This document shows positions 28,081 to 37,594 of a stretch of 64,000 nt of DNA, in pieces. The notes under the pieces are model-generated. The model worked only from the letters and a program-made list of their open reading frames with translations, had not been told where the DNA came from and made no database searches. Position 1 is the first letter of the stretch. The number at the start of each line of letters is the position of its first letter. Position numbers and translations under genes: made by a program. Origin of the DNA: a virus; the IMG/VR virus record IMGVR_UViG_3300045988_155520, positions 248,239-312,238 of that record, one strand, 5' to 3'.

Positions 28081-28380
28081 TTATGCATTAAATTTGAAAT
28101 TTAACAACACTTCATACAAAGCATTATCATCAATATCCGCTTCGTAAAACTCGAAATGAACAGGAGTGTCATCGTCATAATTATATTCACCACCTTTCCA
28201 TCCTGTACAAGTTTTTCTTGTTGCATCTTCCAAAAGGGATAAAGTTTCCTCTTTAGTACCATTTGTGGCTGGTGTGAAAGCAATTTCGCTATAATTTCCT
28301 CTCCAAGAAAAGAAATCTTTTAAAAAGAATTTTGGCTCTTCAGTATACTTAAAATACTCTTTTAAATCAAAAATTGTCAT
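28081..28380 (-). CDS. hypothetical protein
   Basis: ORF track. A -7 box TACCTTTG lies at 28409-28416. Confidence 0.5.
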   Translation of the reverse strand: MTIFDLKEYFKYTEEPKFFLKDFFSWRGNYSEIAFTPATNGTKEETLSLLEDATRKTCTGWKGGEYNYDDDTPVHFEFYEADIDDNALYEVLLNFKFNA

Positions 28381-28500
28381 AATTAGATGTGTATTGGTTT
28401 ATATGACACAAAGGTATAAAAATAAAATAGAAAAACCAAATATAAAACTGTTTTTAACATAATTTTAACAGTGATATATTTGGTTGTTAAATGTAATTAA

Positions 28501-28803
28501 CTATACATTATTGTTCAAATCTTTTTCTTTTTCTTGAACTTTCTTGATATCTTCTACAAGTTGTTCCATTGTTTCTTTACAATCAATATGTGTATACCTT
28601 GTAACGTGGCACATACTATTCTCTTCTAAGTTCCACTTATTATCTTCGGTCACAAAACCTACTTGGTATGAATACCGATAACCAAATGCTGCATCAAGAT
28701 TTAATGTTTGACACAAATACAATTTTGGTAATCCATAAAGATTAGTTCTCTGTGGTGGGATTCCTGTACTCCACTTCTCTGGTTCAAAATTTGGTTTAAA
28801 CAT
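28501..28803 (-). CDS. hypothetical protein
   Basis: ORF track. Confidence 0.45.
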   Translation of the reverse strand: MFKPNFEPEKWSTGIPPQRTNLYGLPKLYLCQTLNLDAAFGYRYSYQVGFVTEDNKWNLEENSMCHVTRYTHIDCKETMEQLVEDIKKVQEKEKDLNNNV

Positions 28804-28824
28804 AATGAATAATATTTTTATTGA

Positions 28825-29238
28825 TTATTGTAGAAGACTAACATTTTCATCATCATAGAATACTGCTTCTTTTATTTTTTTTATATAATCTTCATCAGCC
28901 ACTTCCATGGCATCACTATACAATTCCATATTTGCTTTTACAAATTGATTCTCGAAATATAACGTATAATCATCTGTAGCATTCCAATGCATAATAGAAT
29001 ATGCACCAAATGGAGTTATCGCATAATATTCTTCTTTATAATCTTTTGAAATATCATTTCTACATCCTTGAATCCATTTTAGTTTAGGTAACTTAAATAG
29101 CATATATTCATAGCCACGATTAAACATATATTCAAGATGACGATAAATAAAGAAAGGCAAAGTAGATTTATCTTCAAAAATAAATCCTTTCTCTTTAATA
29201 TCATTATAACACTTCTTAAGATATTCTAATTTATTCAT
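28825..29238 (-). CDS. hypothetical protein
   Basis: ORF track. Confidence 0.45.
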   Translation of the reverse strand: MNKLEYLKKCYNDIKEKGFIFEDKSTLPFFIYRHLEYMFNRGYEYMLFKLPKLKWIQGCRNDISKDYKEEYYAITPFGAYSIMHWNATDDYTLYFENQFVKANMELYSDAMEVADEDYIKKIKEAVFYDDENVSLLQ

Positions 29239-29267
29239 AATTTTTGATTTATATTGTTGAATTAATA

Positions 29268-30242
29268 CTATTTGTTAACGAAATCATGTAGCAAAGCATT
29301 TCCACATGTAATTCTATCTTCATCTTCTTCTAATGATGGAATAAACACAATAACATCCCATCCTGCATCTAAAAGAGGTTTTTCAAATTGACGGTAAACA
29401 TCATATTTATAGTACCCCATTTGTGTCTGAAGATTAAAATCCTTTGCTTCGTTCGTTTCATGGATAGGAGTAATTTTTACAATGAATTTATCTTTATCAA
29501 ACAGATTAGATAGAACAACTGGGTCGAGTTTTGTCTCAGCTGTTACTGGGAAATTCAATGTGTATTTACGCCCAACAGGCATAGGTAATCTATCGGCTAT
29601 CTTAGAAATAGTAATAAGTGAACAAGAACGATTTCTAAATAAAGTATTTCGTTGATTATTGCTTGTAGAATTAATTGACAACTGTAGTCCTGCTTCACCT
29701 AAATATGTGTCATTCTTAATAGCACAAAAATCATTCAGAATTGAAGTTAAATCATCTTTTTTTGCTTTTGGTAGCATTGTCGTAAATACAGGATGAATAA
29801 CATCAGCTTTCATACTATTTGAAACAGTATTTTGTAACTTATTATCGAGAAAAGATAAAACTCGAGAAGCATTAAAAGAAGGTTCCCCCATTCTTGCCAA
29901 ATGGAGGTTGAAACGTTTAGTATATTGACAACCACTATTTCTGATAGCATGTGCAACTTGGAACCATAAGTCCTCCATACTTGCATCACCATTGTAACCT
30001 ACTTTAGGGCAATCACAGAACATACAGCGCATAGGGCATCCTTTTTGGGTAGAAATTGTAACAACCATTTTGTCACTCAAATCTACATCATGATGCTTTA
30101 CACCATTAATTTCTTTATTAAGTCCTAAGAAATCAGCTTTGATGTTATTCTCTTTGCCATAGTCTCCGACATAAAGCCATTCTAAGCGATTAACATCATC
30201 ACTAAAAATACATCCTGTTCTTGTTTTAAATTCTTTAATCAT
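29268..30242 (-). CDS. radical SAM enzyme, RlmN/Cfr-like
   Basis: [23 protein letters not shown] aligns with RlmN [31 protein letters not shown] aligns with MGMGEPLLN, LQLSINS with LAISLHA, and C-terminal DRITCGNAL with DIDAACGQLA. Confidence 0.6.
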   Translation of the reverse strand: [324 protein letters not shown]

Positions 30243-30243
30243 A

Positions 30244-30585
30244 CTATTTCTTGATTACAATGTTTTTACAAAGTTCTTGAAGAGTTAATAAATCTTTCTC
30301 TTTATATTCACCCTTCATAATTTTGCTACAGATAACTGGTACAAAACATGCTGGAGTGATGTAACCTATTTTATCCATTATAACAGCAGCATATTCAATA
30401 GGTAATTCTCTCTCATTATCATCTAATAAATAAATCGAATAGCCATCACCATATTGTTCAACTGTGGGTAGTTCATCTTCAAAATCTTTGAAAACAAGAC
30501 TTTCTTCAATTTCTTTCAAGGTTTGATTAACAATAGAAAAATTCTCTCTGACTTTACTTACCAATTTATCTATTTTTTCTTTCAT
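30244..30585 (-). CDS. hypothetical protein (family with 26572..26811)
   Basis: See 26572..26811. Confidence 0.5.
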   Translation of the reverse strand: MKEKIDKLVSKVRENFSIVNQTLKEIEESLVFKDFEDELPTVEQYGDGYSIYLLDDNERELPIEYAAVIMDKIGYITPACFVPVICSKIMKGEYKEKDLLTLQELCKNIVIKK

Positions 30586-30590
30586 ATCCT

Positions 30591-31337
30591 TTACTCTTTA
30601 AATTCTACTATTTTATCATCTTTTAAAATGTAAAATGTATTTGGTTTAATAATTTTCCCATCTACTTTTACAACTTTAATATTTTTGATAGGGCTAATTT
30701 CTTTTCTTCTCTTTTCTCTTTCAGTTAAAACTAACCAGCAACCAACTTCTCCTCTTGCTGCACAATCAACTCCAGTAGTAATGGCAACGGATTCTCCTCC
30801 TTCTACGATAGCTTTTGATTTATGAAAACTTGCTACGGATGTTGAACAATCTCCACTATTTGAAGCAATACTACCATATCCTGTAACGACTGACAAAGAC
30901 CAAATTCCATGATTAGATGCTTCTGAGTAATCTGCAGTTGTGCAACTAATTGCCAAATAACCATTATTTCTAGACGAACTTTCTATGGCTGTAGATGATG
31001 AAATGCTTCTATCTCCTTTTACTTTACATTCTGAACGACTACCAGTTATAGAACCTATTGTTGCATATCCAGATGTTAGAACTTTTGAATACGCACCAGA
31101 AGAAACACTCACAGAAGACCTACCATTAGTTATTGACCAAGATTTATGCCCTAATGTGGCGGAAATAGAAAAATCACCACAACTACAAGACCAAGATTTT
31201 CCACCTGTATTGACAGATATTGACTCTCTCGAATAATTTACTGCTGTAGAATCATAGAAATAGTTATATGCTATAGAGTGATACTTTTTATTCTCTACAT
31301 CCAAAAATCTCTCAGTATTTATTTTTTCTTTTTCCAT
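30591..31337 (-). CDS. Ser/Gly-rich repetitive (beta-helix-like) protein, paralog of 4960..5556
   Basis: Irregular repeats (S.S.(S/T).G..S.A). The conserved C-terminal tail is shared with 4960..5556. The ATG at 31337 (MEKEKINTE) is preferred to the track TTG at 31346. Confidence 0.55.
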   Translation of the reverse strand: MEKEKINTERFLDVENKKYHSIAYNYFYDSTAVNYSRESISVNTGGKSWSCSCGDFSISATLGHKSWSITNGRSSVSVSSGAYSKVLTSGYATIGSITGSRSECKVKGDRSISSSTAIESSSRNNGYLAISCTTADYSEASNHGIWSLSVVTGYGSIASNSGDCSTSVASFHKSKAIVEGGESVAITTGVDCAARGEVGCWLVLTEREKRRKEISPIKNIKVVKVDGKIIKPNTFYILKDDKIVEFKE

Positions 31338-31342
31338 ATCTA

Positions 31343-31495
31343 TCAAACATTCTTAATGAATAAATCACATTCGTTTATATAATCATTTGGTACATACATC
31401 ATGACCATTCCTTGAGGTAGTTCTTTTGTGAATCGCTTACAACTTTTGCAAGTACTTAACTTTCCCCCTTTACAATATGTGAAATCTAAATTCAT
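31343..31495 (-). CDS. 50-aa Cys-containing protein (not in ORF track)
   Basis: Hand translation gives MNLDFTYCKGGKLSTCKSCKRFTKELPQGMVMMYVPNDYINECDLFIKNV. A -7 box TACCTTTG at 31521-31528 lies just upstream. Confidence 0.4.
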   Translation of the reverse strand: MNLDFTYCKGGKLSTCKSCKRFTKELPQGMVMMYVPNDYINECDLFIKNV

Positions 31496-31530
31496 AAGTC
31501 CAATTCATTTATTAACGTCACAAAGGTATG

Positions 31531-31563
31531 CAAAAAACGTGGATTATACAAATAATCCACGTT
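31531..31563 (-). terminator. strong hairpin + T-run terminator after the 539-aa TnpB-like gene
   Basis: Perfect 12-bp stem aacgtggattat-acaa-ataatccacgtt, followed on the minus strand by tttttt. Confidence 0.75.
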
Positions 31564-31621
31564 AATTTTTATTAATTAATCAAATAATCCTGCCCGAAGA
31601 ATTAAACATTTCAAAAAGTCG

Positions 31622-33241
31622 TCATACACTTCCAATACATTCACGACCTACCTTTGGTAGGCTTCTTCGAAACGATAACAATACTTCTTTCACTTTCTCA
31701 CGTCTAAGTAACCTTGGCTCAAAAGCACCATTATCAAGCTGTTTTAAGAGTTTATCTCGTAACACGGTTACAAGAACTCTATTTTTTATATTTTTTGCAG
31801 CATTAAAGTCTGCATTATCTTTATGCCCACATTCAACACATTCAAATGTTTCTTGATTTGGTCTATTACCATCTTCAATGCAGCCACATACAGGACACAT
31901 CTTTGATGTATAACTTGCTTGAACAGTTGAAACTGCGATGTCATACTTCCTTGCAATATGTTCCACCTCTTGTTTCAAACTACTTAAACCAAGAAAGCTA
32001 ACCTTTCGGTTGTAATTTATATCTTTATTGTCACCATCTTTGACGTAACACTTTCCAAATCCATTATTAAGATTTTCCATTACAATGTGACCAGTTCCTT
32101 TAATTTTTTCATTCTTACACATAGTAGCTATGGTTTGCTGTTCATTCTTAATAATTTTCTCCTTTAACTTGTTAAGTTTACGTTGTTTGCGTTTGCCTAC
32201 CTTATATTCTTTATTTTTCCCTTTAAATCTATCAATCTCAAGAGATAACTTGCAAAAATCATTAACTAATTTTCTATCATAGTCATAAGTGGTTTCATCT
32301 GATAAGCAGAACAAATTGTGTTTGCAATTAACATCTATGCCAATAGTCTGTCCATTTGGTTCTGGGATATACCTTTCACCATCTTTACATATGTTTACAT
32401 TCACTTGATGCTTCTTTTCATCGAATGTAAGAGTATATACATAATCAGGAGTGTTCTTTCTATAATCCTTCATACTTCCGTGCCATCCTTTATTAAAGGT
32501 AACTGGTATGTCAAATGATTTCCTACTGAGCCCACTAAGACTTATGAATGAATTGATAACTGACCCAAACCTGCGATTATAATCAATTATCTTTTTCTTT
32601 CTACATCTACCACGAAAGGTTAATGACCTGAACTCTATAGGATTGTTGGCATATTTGTCAATAATACGTTTTCTCTTTGATAATGCAAGTGCATATAACC
32701 TTTCAAAACCGAATTTATCACAACATCTTATTATATTGTTATAGAAGTCACGTTTATTAGCATCACATTTGTCAACGTTAGATTTGATATAAGCAATAGT
32801 ACCTTCATTTCCATACCTTGCAAGGTAAGTAAGACAATTGGATAAAGATGTGTGTTTCTTATCAACAATTACTTTTTTCAAGTCACCCTTTTTATTATTC
32901 TTTGTATCACGTTTATAACATTCAAAACCTTTGAATACAGATATTTCAAAGACAAGCTTACGTTGTATTGCATCAAATTTATTCTGATAACAAGTAAATA
33001 CTTGTGTATAAATTTGCGTATCAAAGGAACTTGGTACCGAACCTTTGAATTTTGTTCTCATTTCTTTTGCAAATTGGAACTTTGTATAATCAAGATAGTG
33101 CAATAAGTTTTCATTTACATGTTGTGATACTATGTTTTTATGTTTTTGAATAAGTACAGCAAAGTTATGTAACTCGTCATATTTCTGACGAGTTAAATCC
33201 TTTGAATGGAATACCTTTGTGTACTTACTCTGTATAATCAT
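31622..33241 (-). CDS. TnpB/Cas12f-like RuvC nuclease (539 aa)
   Basis: RuvC-I TIGIDVNCKHN, RuvC-II HIVMENLN, and a zinc ribbon CPVCG...CVECGHKDNADFNAAKNI carrying RuvC-III. The N-terminal half is longer than in canonical TnpB. Confidence 0.8.
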   Translation of the reverse strand: MIIQSKYTKVFHSKDLTRQKYDELHNFAVLIQKHKNIVSQHVNENLLHYLDYTKFQFAKEMRTKFKGSVPSSFDTQIYTQVFTCYQNKFDAIQRKLVFEISVFKGFECYKRDTKNNKKGDLKKVIVDKKHTSLSNCLTYLARYGNEGTIAYIKSNVDKCDANKRDFYNNIIRCCDKFGFERLYALALSKRKRIIDKYANNPIEFRSLTFRGRCRKKKIIDYNRRFGSVINSFISLSGLSRKSFDIPVTFNKGWHGSMKDYRKNTPDYVYTLTFDEKKHQVNVNICKDGERYIPEPNGQTIGIDVNCKHNLFCLSDETTYDYDRKLVNDFCKLSLEIDRFKGKNKEYKVGKRKQRKLNKLKEKIIKNEQQTIATMCKNEKIKGTGHIVMENLNNGFGKCYVKDGDNKDINYNRKVSFLGLSSLKQEVEHIARKYDIAVSTVQASYTSKMCPVCGCIEDGNRPNQETFECVECGHKDNADFNAAKNIKNRVLVTVLRDKLLKQLDNGAFEPRLLRREKVKEVLLSFRRSLPKVGRECIGSV

Positions 33242-33465
33242 ACCATTTAAAATTTATTTAATTTTGAATAATTTTAAATATAAAAGATTATATTTTATTT
33301 ATATGTTTAACCCTGCACCATATAAAAGTCCTATGAATATAATTGTTGACACTAAATTATACCAAAAATTAAATTTAATTGGTCTTGTTTGGTTGTGCCA
33401 TGCTAAACTAATTCCTAATCGCATCATTATCAATGCTAAAATAATAATTTTACAAATCATAACTT

Positions 33466-35613
33466 TTAATTTTTAAATTTATCATACAAATCAATGATAC
33501 TCATTTCTCCATCGTCTTCTTCCTCAAGGAAATTAACGAAATTCTTTTCCATATCATTACGGCATATTTTTTCATTAAATAGAGTACCGTCACGCTTACA
33601 CTTTCTGAATATCTGAGTAATACGTCTAAGGTTCTTTACCATAAGATAATAATTGAACTTTACTTTAAATTTGAATCCAGTAGCATCTGTGACTACAACG
33701 CCTTCTACCGTATTATTAGTGCCTATATTAGTTCGTAAATAATCCCATAACTCATCATTAGTATTAATAATAAATTCGTCTGGCATTCTAAAAGATGTAT
33801 TTTCTCTTAAGAAATTCTTGAACTTATCTGACTCTTCGGTATATTTTTCACCAAGATTAAGCACATTATGGATAATATCCAACAATACTACATCTTCCTT
33901 ATCATATCTAATAATATGTGGGTCTTCTGTAGGACTAATCACTTCAAACACAGCCGAAGCATTCTCTTTCTTAAGAATATTCTTCAACAGGTCTTTATCG
34001 TGCTTACTAACAGTTTCGTTAAAAATACGTTCAAAACGTTCAGCAAAAGGACCACTATCGGTTGTCTTAGATGCAAATACTAACTGATTGTCAACTACTG
34101 ACATAATACCAAGATATCCATTCTCCTTTATCGTTACTTTTACAGGGAACTTAAGAGTTTCTTCAAGTTTCTTTCTCTTAGTTGACTTATGTTCGTCAAT
34201 ATTAAAGAACTTGTCATAAGAACGCATCTTTACTTCTCCTGTATTCTTATCAACGAATAAACCACGTGCCTTGATAGTAGCAAAGTTCCATTTCTTTCCA
34301 ATAAATGCATTACGATTAAAGTTGATAGAGTACATATTATGCTTACAACCCTTTACATTAACAAGACGACTGTTCATTATCTTCTTAACTTCTGGGTCAT
34401 CAACCTTATATACTACTTGCTGAAAAGCGTTCATATTCTCAATACTAAACACTTTATTCTCGTAATTTAATATAGCAGCATATTCTGGAGTTATAGAGAA
34501 AACTTTTAAGTTTCCACCAAACTCAACACTATCTTCAAGACAAATGGAATGGTCTGTAGACAGAGTGTTACGATGACCATGTATCTGTATAAAGTCCTGA
34601 CACTTTCCAAGTAGATAATTATCTTCATAAATTTTATCTACTTCCATATCATATCCGCCAACACCCTTAATCATATCGTTTGTTGGAATCGTAGTAAGGT
34701 TTGGAACAGATGTAAGACCGCCATGTGTTATCAAGTATTTCTGACCGCAGTATGTGAAAGCAAAGCACTGACGCATACGATAGTAAATCTTCTTTAACTC
34801 CTTGCGGACCTGTTCTAAAGGATAAACCTTGGTTATCTCATCAAGTGTCATCTTGAAGTATTCTGAAGTTATCTCCTCACCGTTAATCAAACGCCAGATA
34901 TGCTTCTCGTGATTTCCTTCAAGAAGGACCACGTTGTCATCATTATAATGTGACAATAGGAACTCATACACTTCTTTATTTTCGATACCACGGTCGAAAT
35001 AATCACCAACGAATACATATAACACGTCTGGGTTTAAAGAGCCACCAATGGCTTCTAAAAGGCATGTATGACAACCATGTACATCACCAATAATCTTTAC
35101 TTCTTTATATTCGGAAGCATCGGTAATGTAATAATTGAGAATATCTTCTACATTAGTAATTTCCTTAAAACGATTGGATAATTTATTTTCTTGAAGTATA
35201 CTGTATGCACGACGAATATCAGCATCTGGAACACGTCTAACTGTGTCACGTAGTAAATTACGTTCCAAACATTCTTCCAAGGTTGCTTCAACGTTATGCT
35301 GATAACAATTATAACGATACTTGTCAGCTAATTCTACATACTTAGATACAGCCTTGGATGTCTTATGAGTAGCATCAATCACTGTGAAATCACCATTACG
35401 CATACGATTCTCAAGCATAGTATGTAATGTGTCCCATACCATTTTATCGGAACGTGCGCTAATAGTCATGTCTCCTTCCTCATTCATCTTTGGAGAATGA
35501 AACATTAAACGTATATCATCGGCTGATAATGTATAATTAGTAAGACCATTTTCCTTAATGAAAGTAGACTTACCACTGCCCATACAACCTCTTAGAATTA
35601 GTAAAGTACGCAT
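33466..35613 (-). CDS. pnkp: trifunctional Pnkp-like RNA repair enzyme (5' kinase, metallophosphatase, ligase)
   Basis: P-loop GCMGSGKST plus SADDIR (T4 Pnk-like). GDVHGC...GDYFDRG...GNHE is calcineurin-type phosphoesterase. KENGYLG (ligase motif I, KxNG), EGVVV and FKVK are nucleotidyltransferase motifs IV and V. Confidence 0.75.
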   Translation of the reverse strand: MRTLLILRGCMGSGKSTFIKENGLTNYTLSADDIRLMFHSPKMNEEGDMTISARSDKMVWDTLHTMLENRMRNGDFTVIDATHKTSKAVSKYVELADKYRYNCYQHNVEATLEECLERNLLRDTVRRVPDADIRRAYSILQENKLSNRFKEITNVEDILNYYITDASEYKEVKIIGDVHGCHTCLLEAIGGSLNPDVLYVFVGDYFDRGIENKEVYEFLLSHYNDDNVVLLEGNHEKHIWRLINGEEITSEYFKMTLDEITKVYPLEQVRKELKKIYYRMRQCFAFTYCGQKYLITHGGLTSVPNLTTIPTNDMIKGVGGYDMEVDKIYEDNYLLGKCQDFIQIHGHRNTLSTDHSICLEDSVEFGGNLKVFSITPEYAAILNYENKVFSIENMNAFQQVVYKVDDPEVKKIMNSRLVNVKGCKHNMYSINFNRNAFIGKKWNFATIKARGLFVDKNTGEVKMRSYDKFFNIDEHKSTKRKKLEETLKFPVKVTIKENGYLGIMSVVDNQLVFASKTTDSGPFAERFERIFNETVSKHDKDLLKNILKKENASAVFEVISPTEDPHIIRYDKEDVVLLDIIHNVLNLGEKYTEESDKFKNFLRENTSFRMPDEFIINTNDELWDYLRTNIGTNNTVEGVVVTDATGFKFKVKFNYYLMVKNLRRITQIFRKCKRDGTLFNEKICRNDMEKNFVNFLEEEDDGEMSIIDLYDKFKN

Positions 35614-35701
35614 AATTTATTTTTTAATTGTTTATTATGTCTGCAAAGTTAATAAATTAATTTAATATTACAAAATCAATTTAGTTAAATATATATAAAA
35701 C

Positions 35702-35733
35702 AAAAAATAATCCACCAAATGATTAGTGGATTA
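35702..35733 (-). terminator. hairpin + T-run terminator after 35744..36274
   Basis: ataatccac-9 nt-gtggattat followed on the minus strand by tttttt. A -7 box TAACTTTG follows at 35644-35651. Confidence 0.6.
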
Positions 35734-35743
35734 TTATCTATTT

Positions 35744-36274
35744 TCACGAAAATTCAGTACTGTATGAGAAACGAAGTCCATCGTTAACAAAACTATTATG
35801 GTAACTATAATCTCCGTTAGGATAATCTTTTTTCAAAAAGTTGATATAAGTATTTTTATTACTATCTCTCCAATAATAATTAGTTGCATCATCCATCTCA
35901 ACTATATCATTCTTTTTGCTGTCAACCATTTTCCAAAACTCATCAGGAGTAATAGTTGGAGTCATTGAATCCTCATAGTCTTCGTCTACAATTATATACT
36001 CATCTTGACGTATAAATTTATCAATACCTTCTCTTGTTAATGGAAAAGTATAGATAATTTCTATACCACCTGTCTCATAATTAAATTGTACTTTGTAATT
36101 TGGATTAAAATCAAACTGCCACCCCAAAGAACTCTTACCTAAATGTATCAGATTATTATACATATTATTAGTAAGAGTTCTTATCGTACTCACATCATCA
36201 TTTTTTATTGCTTCTATAAGTTCTTCTTTTCGTACCTTAGAAGGAATCTTCTTCAAATAATAATTTACACCCAT
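35744..36274 (-). CDS. hypothetical protein
   Basis: ORF track. Confidence 0.5.
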   Translation of the reverse strand: MGVNYYLKKIPSKVRKEELIEAIKNDDVSTIRTLTNNMYNNLIHLGKSSLGWQFDFNPNYKVQFNYETGGIEIIYTFPLTREGIDKFIRQDEYIIVDEDYEDSMTPTITPDEFWKMVDSKKNDIVEMDDATNYYWRDSNKNTYINFLKKDYPNGDYSYHNSFVNDGLRFSYSTEFS

Positions 36275-36277
36275 ATC

Positions 36278-36628
36278 TTATCTGATTAATATCTCGGTTT
36301 CACTATTTATCACTGGTCTATCAAAAAGATGCTCGGTGAACCATGATTCATAATATTCATCTATATTACAATTTGGATTATTAAATTTCCAAGGAATTTT
36401 TTCTTCGTCTTCTTTGACACATTCATATTCTAACGTTTCAAAGTAATTGTTTCCTTGCCACATAACTCTTTTCCCTTTTGGAAACCATGGTACAATATAG
36501 ACAAAATGTTCTATTTCATCTTGGTCAAAAGGTTTTCTTCTTTCATCGAAAAGAGTAACTGTTATGTCTAAATTTAACAAACGTATTGAAAAATCTCTAT
36601 TTATGGTTAAATCAACATTACTTTTCAT
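36278..36628 (-). CDS. hypothetical protein
   Basis: ORF track. Confidence 0.45.
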   Translation of the reverse strand: MKSNVDLTINRDFSIRLLNLDITVTLFDERRKPFDQDEIEHFVYIVPWFPKGKRVMWQGNNYFETLEYECVKEDEEKIPWKFNNPNCNIDEYYESWFTEHLFDRPVINSETEILIR

Positions 36629-37409
36629 TTTTACTGAAAATGGATTTTATACGGCCAAAGAAACCTTTATTCTTTTTAAAATATTCATTTGATGATAAAT
36701 CTCGATTGCTACTTAATGTAAAATGATTATTATTACGATGAATGTCATCAGGTGTATTGCTCTTGTTAGTTTCAGTATATTGTCTAAGAGTATTAATCAA
36801 TTCATCTGTTGTAGCAGGCATTGTGATAGTTATTGCTGGGTCTTGATGCTTCTCAGCTTTATATTCGGCAACCAACTTGTCTAATGTAAGGTCACAAAAT
36901 TCATCCTCCCAATCACCTAAATAATAGAATCTATCAGACACAACTTTTCTGTCGGTAAAAACACCAAAGAGAATAGGGTCTTTATCTCTACGTTCTTGTT
37001 GTACTTTTCTTTCTGTTGTACCAGTATAATCAGTAAATACTACATAGAACTTATCAAAGATATCTTTTGTTTTTGCTACAACTTCCACTATTTCATCTGG
37101 TATTTCACGGGTGTAACTTTCTAAATCTTGAATTTTAACAACATCTTTTGTTACATTATCAATATAATCTTCGATAACACTACGATAAATAAATTTATCA
37201 ACGCCAATTTCCAACAACTTTTCTTCCTTCTGCATTACTTCTGCAAGGAACTTAAGTTTTTCCAAAGATTTAATTTGACCTGTCTTTTTATACTTTTCAC
37301 TTAAAAAACAGATATTATTAAAAGATTGTTTTAAATTCTCGTTACTAATACTTTCTACATTACTTTTTAGCTGTAAAAAGTAATCATGAGGTGTCAATTC
37401 TTTTTCCAT
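36618..37409 (-). CDS. hypothetical protein
   Basis: ORF track. A -7 box TATCTTTG lies at 37436-37443. Confidence 0.5.
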   Translation of the reverse strand: MEKELTPHDYFLQLKSNVESISNENLKQSFNNICFLSEKYKKTGQIKSLEKLKFLAEVMQKEEKLLEIGVDKFIYRSVIEDYIDNVTKDVVKIQDLESYTREIPDEIVEVVAKTKDIFDKFYVVFTDYTGTTERKVQQERRDKDPILFGVFTDRKVVSDRFYYLGDWEDEFCDLTLDKLVAEYKAEKHQDPAITITMPATTDELINTLRQYTETNKSNTPDDIHRNNNHFTLSSNRDLSSNEYFKKNKGFFGRIKSIFSKNEK

Positions 37410-37493
37410 ATCATTTATATATTTAAATTATAGTGCAAAGATAACAAATTATGTTGAATATTGAGTATTTTTATAGTTAAAAATATATAATTT

Positions 37494-37594
37494 AATGTGA
37501 TTACCTTGCGGTATAACTTTACTAACATCCAGTTGACTACAAATTGAAGCCAAGTTACGTTGTAATTACCTTGCGGTATAATATTTATAACAGT
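37494..37594 (-). CRISPR. mini-array A: 36-nt repeat, 29-nt spacer, degenerate 36-nt repeat
   Basis: A2 at 37559-37594 is gttgtaattaccttgcggtataatatttataacagt. A1 at 37494-37529 matches it at 27 of 36 positions. The spacer at 37530-37558 is cagttgactacaaattgaagccaagttac. The minus orientation is inferred from the leader side, the degenerate distal repeat and the GNRA loop. Confidence 0.55.
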
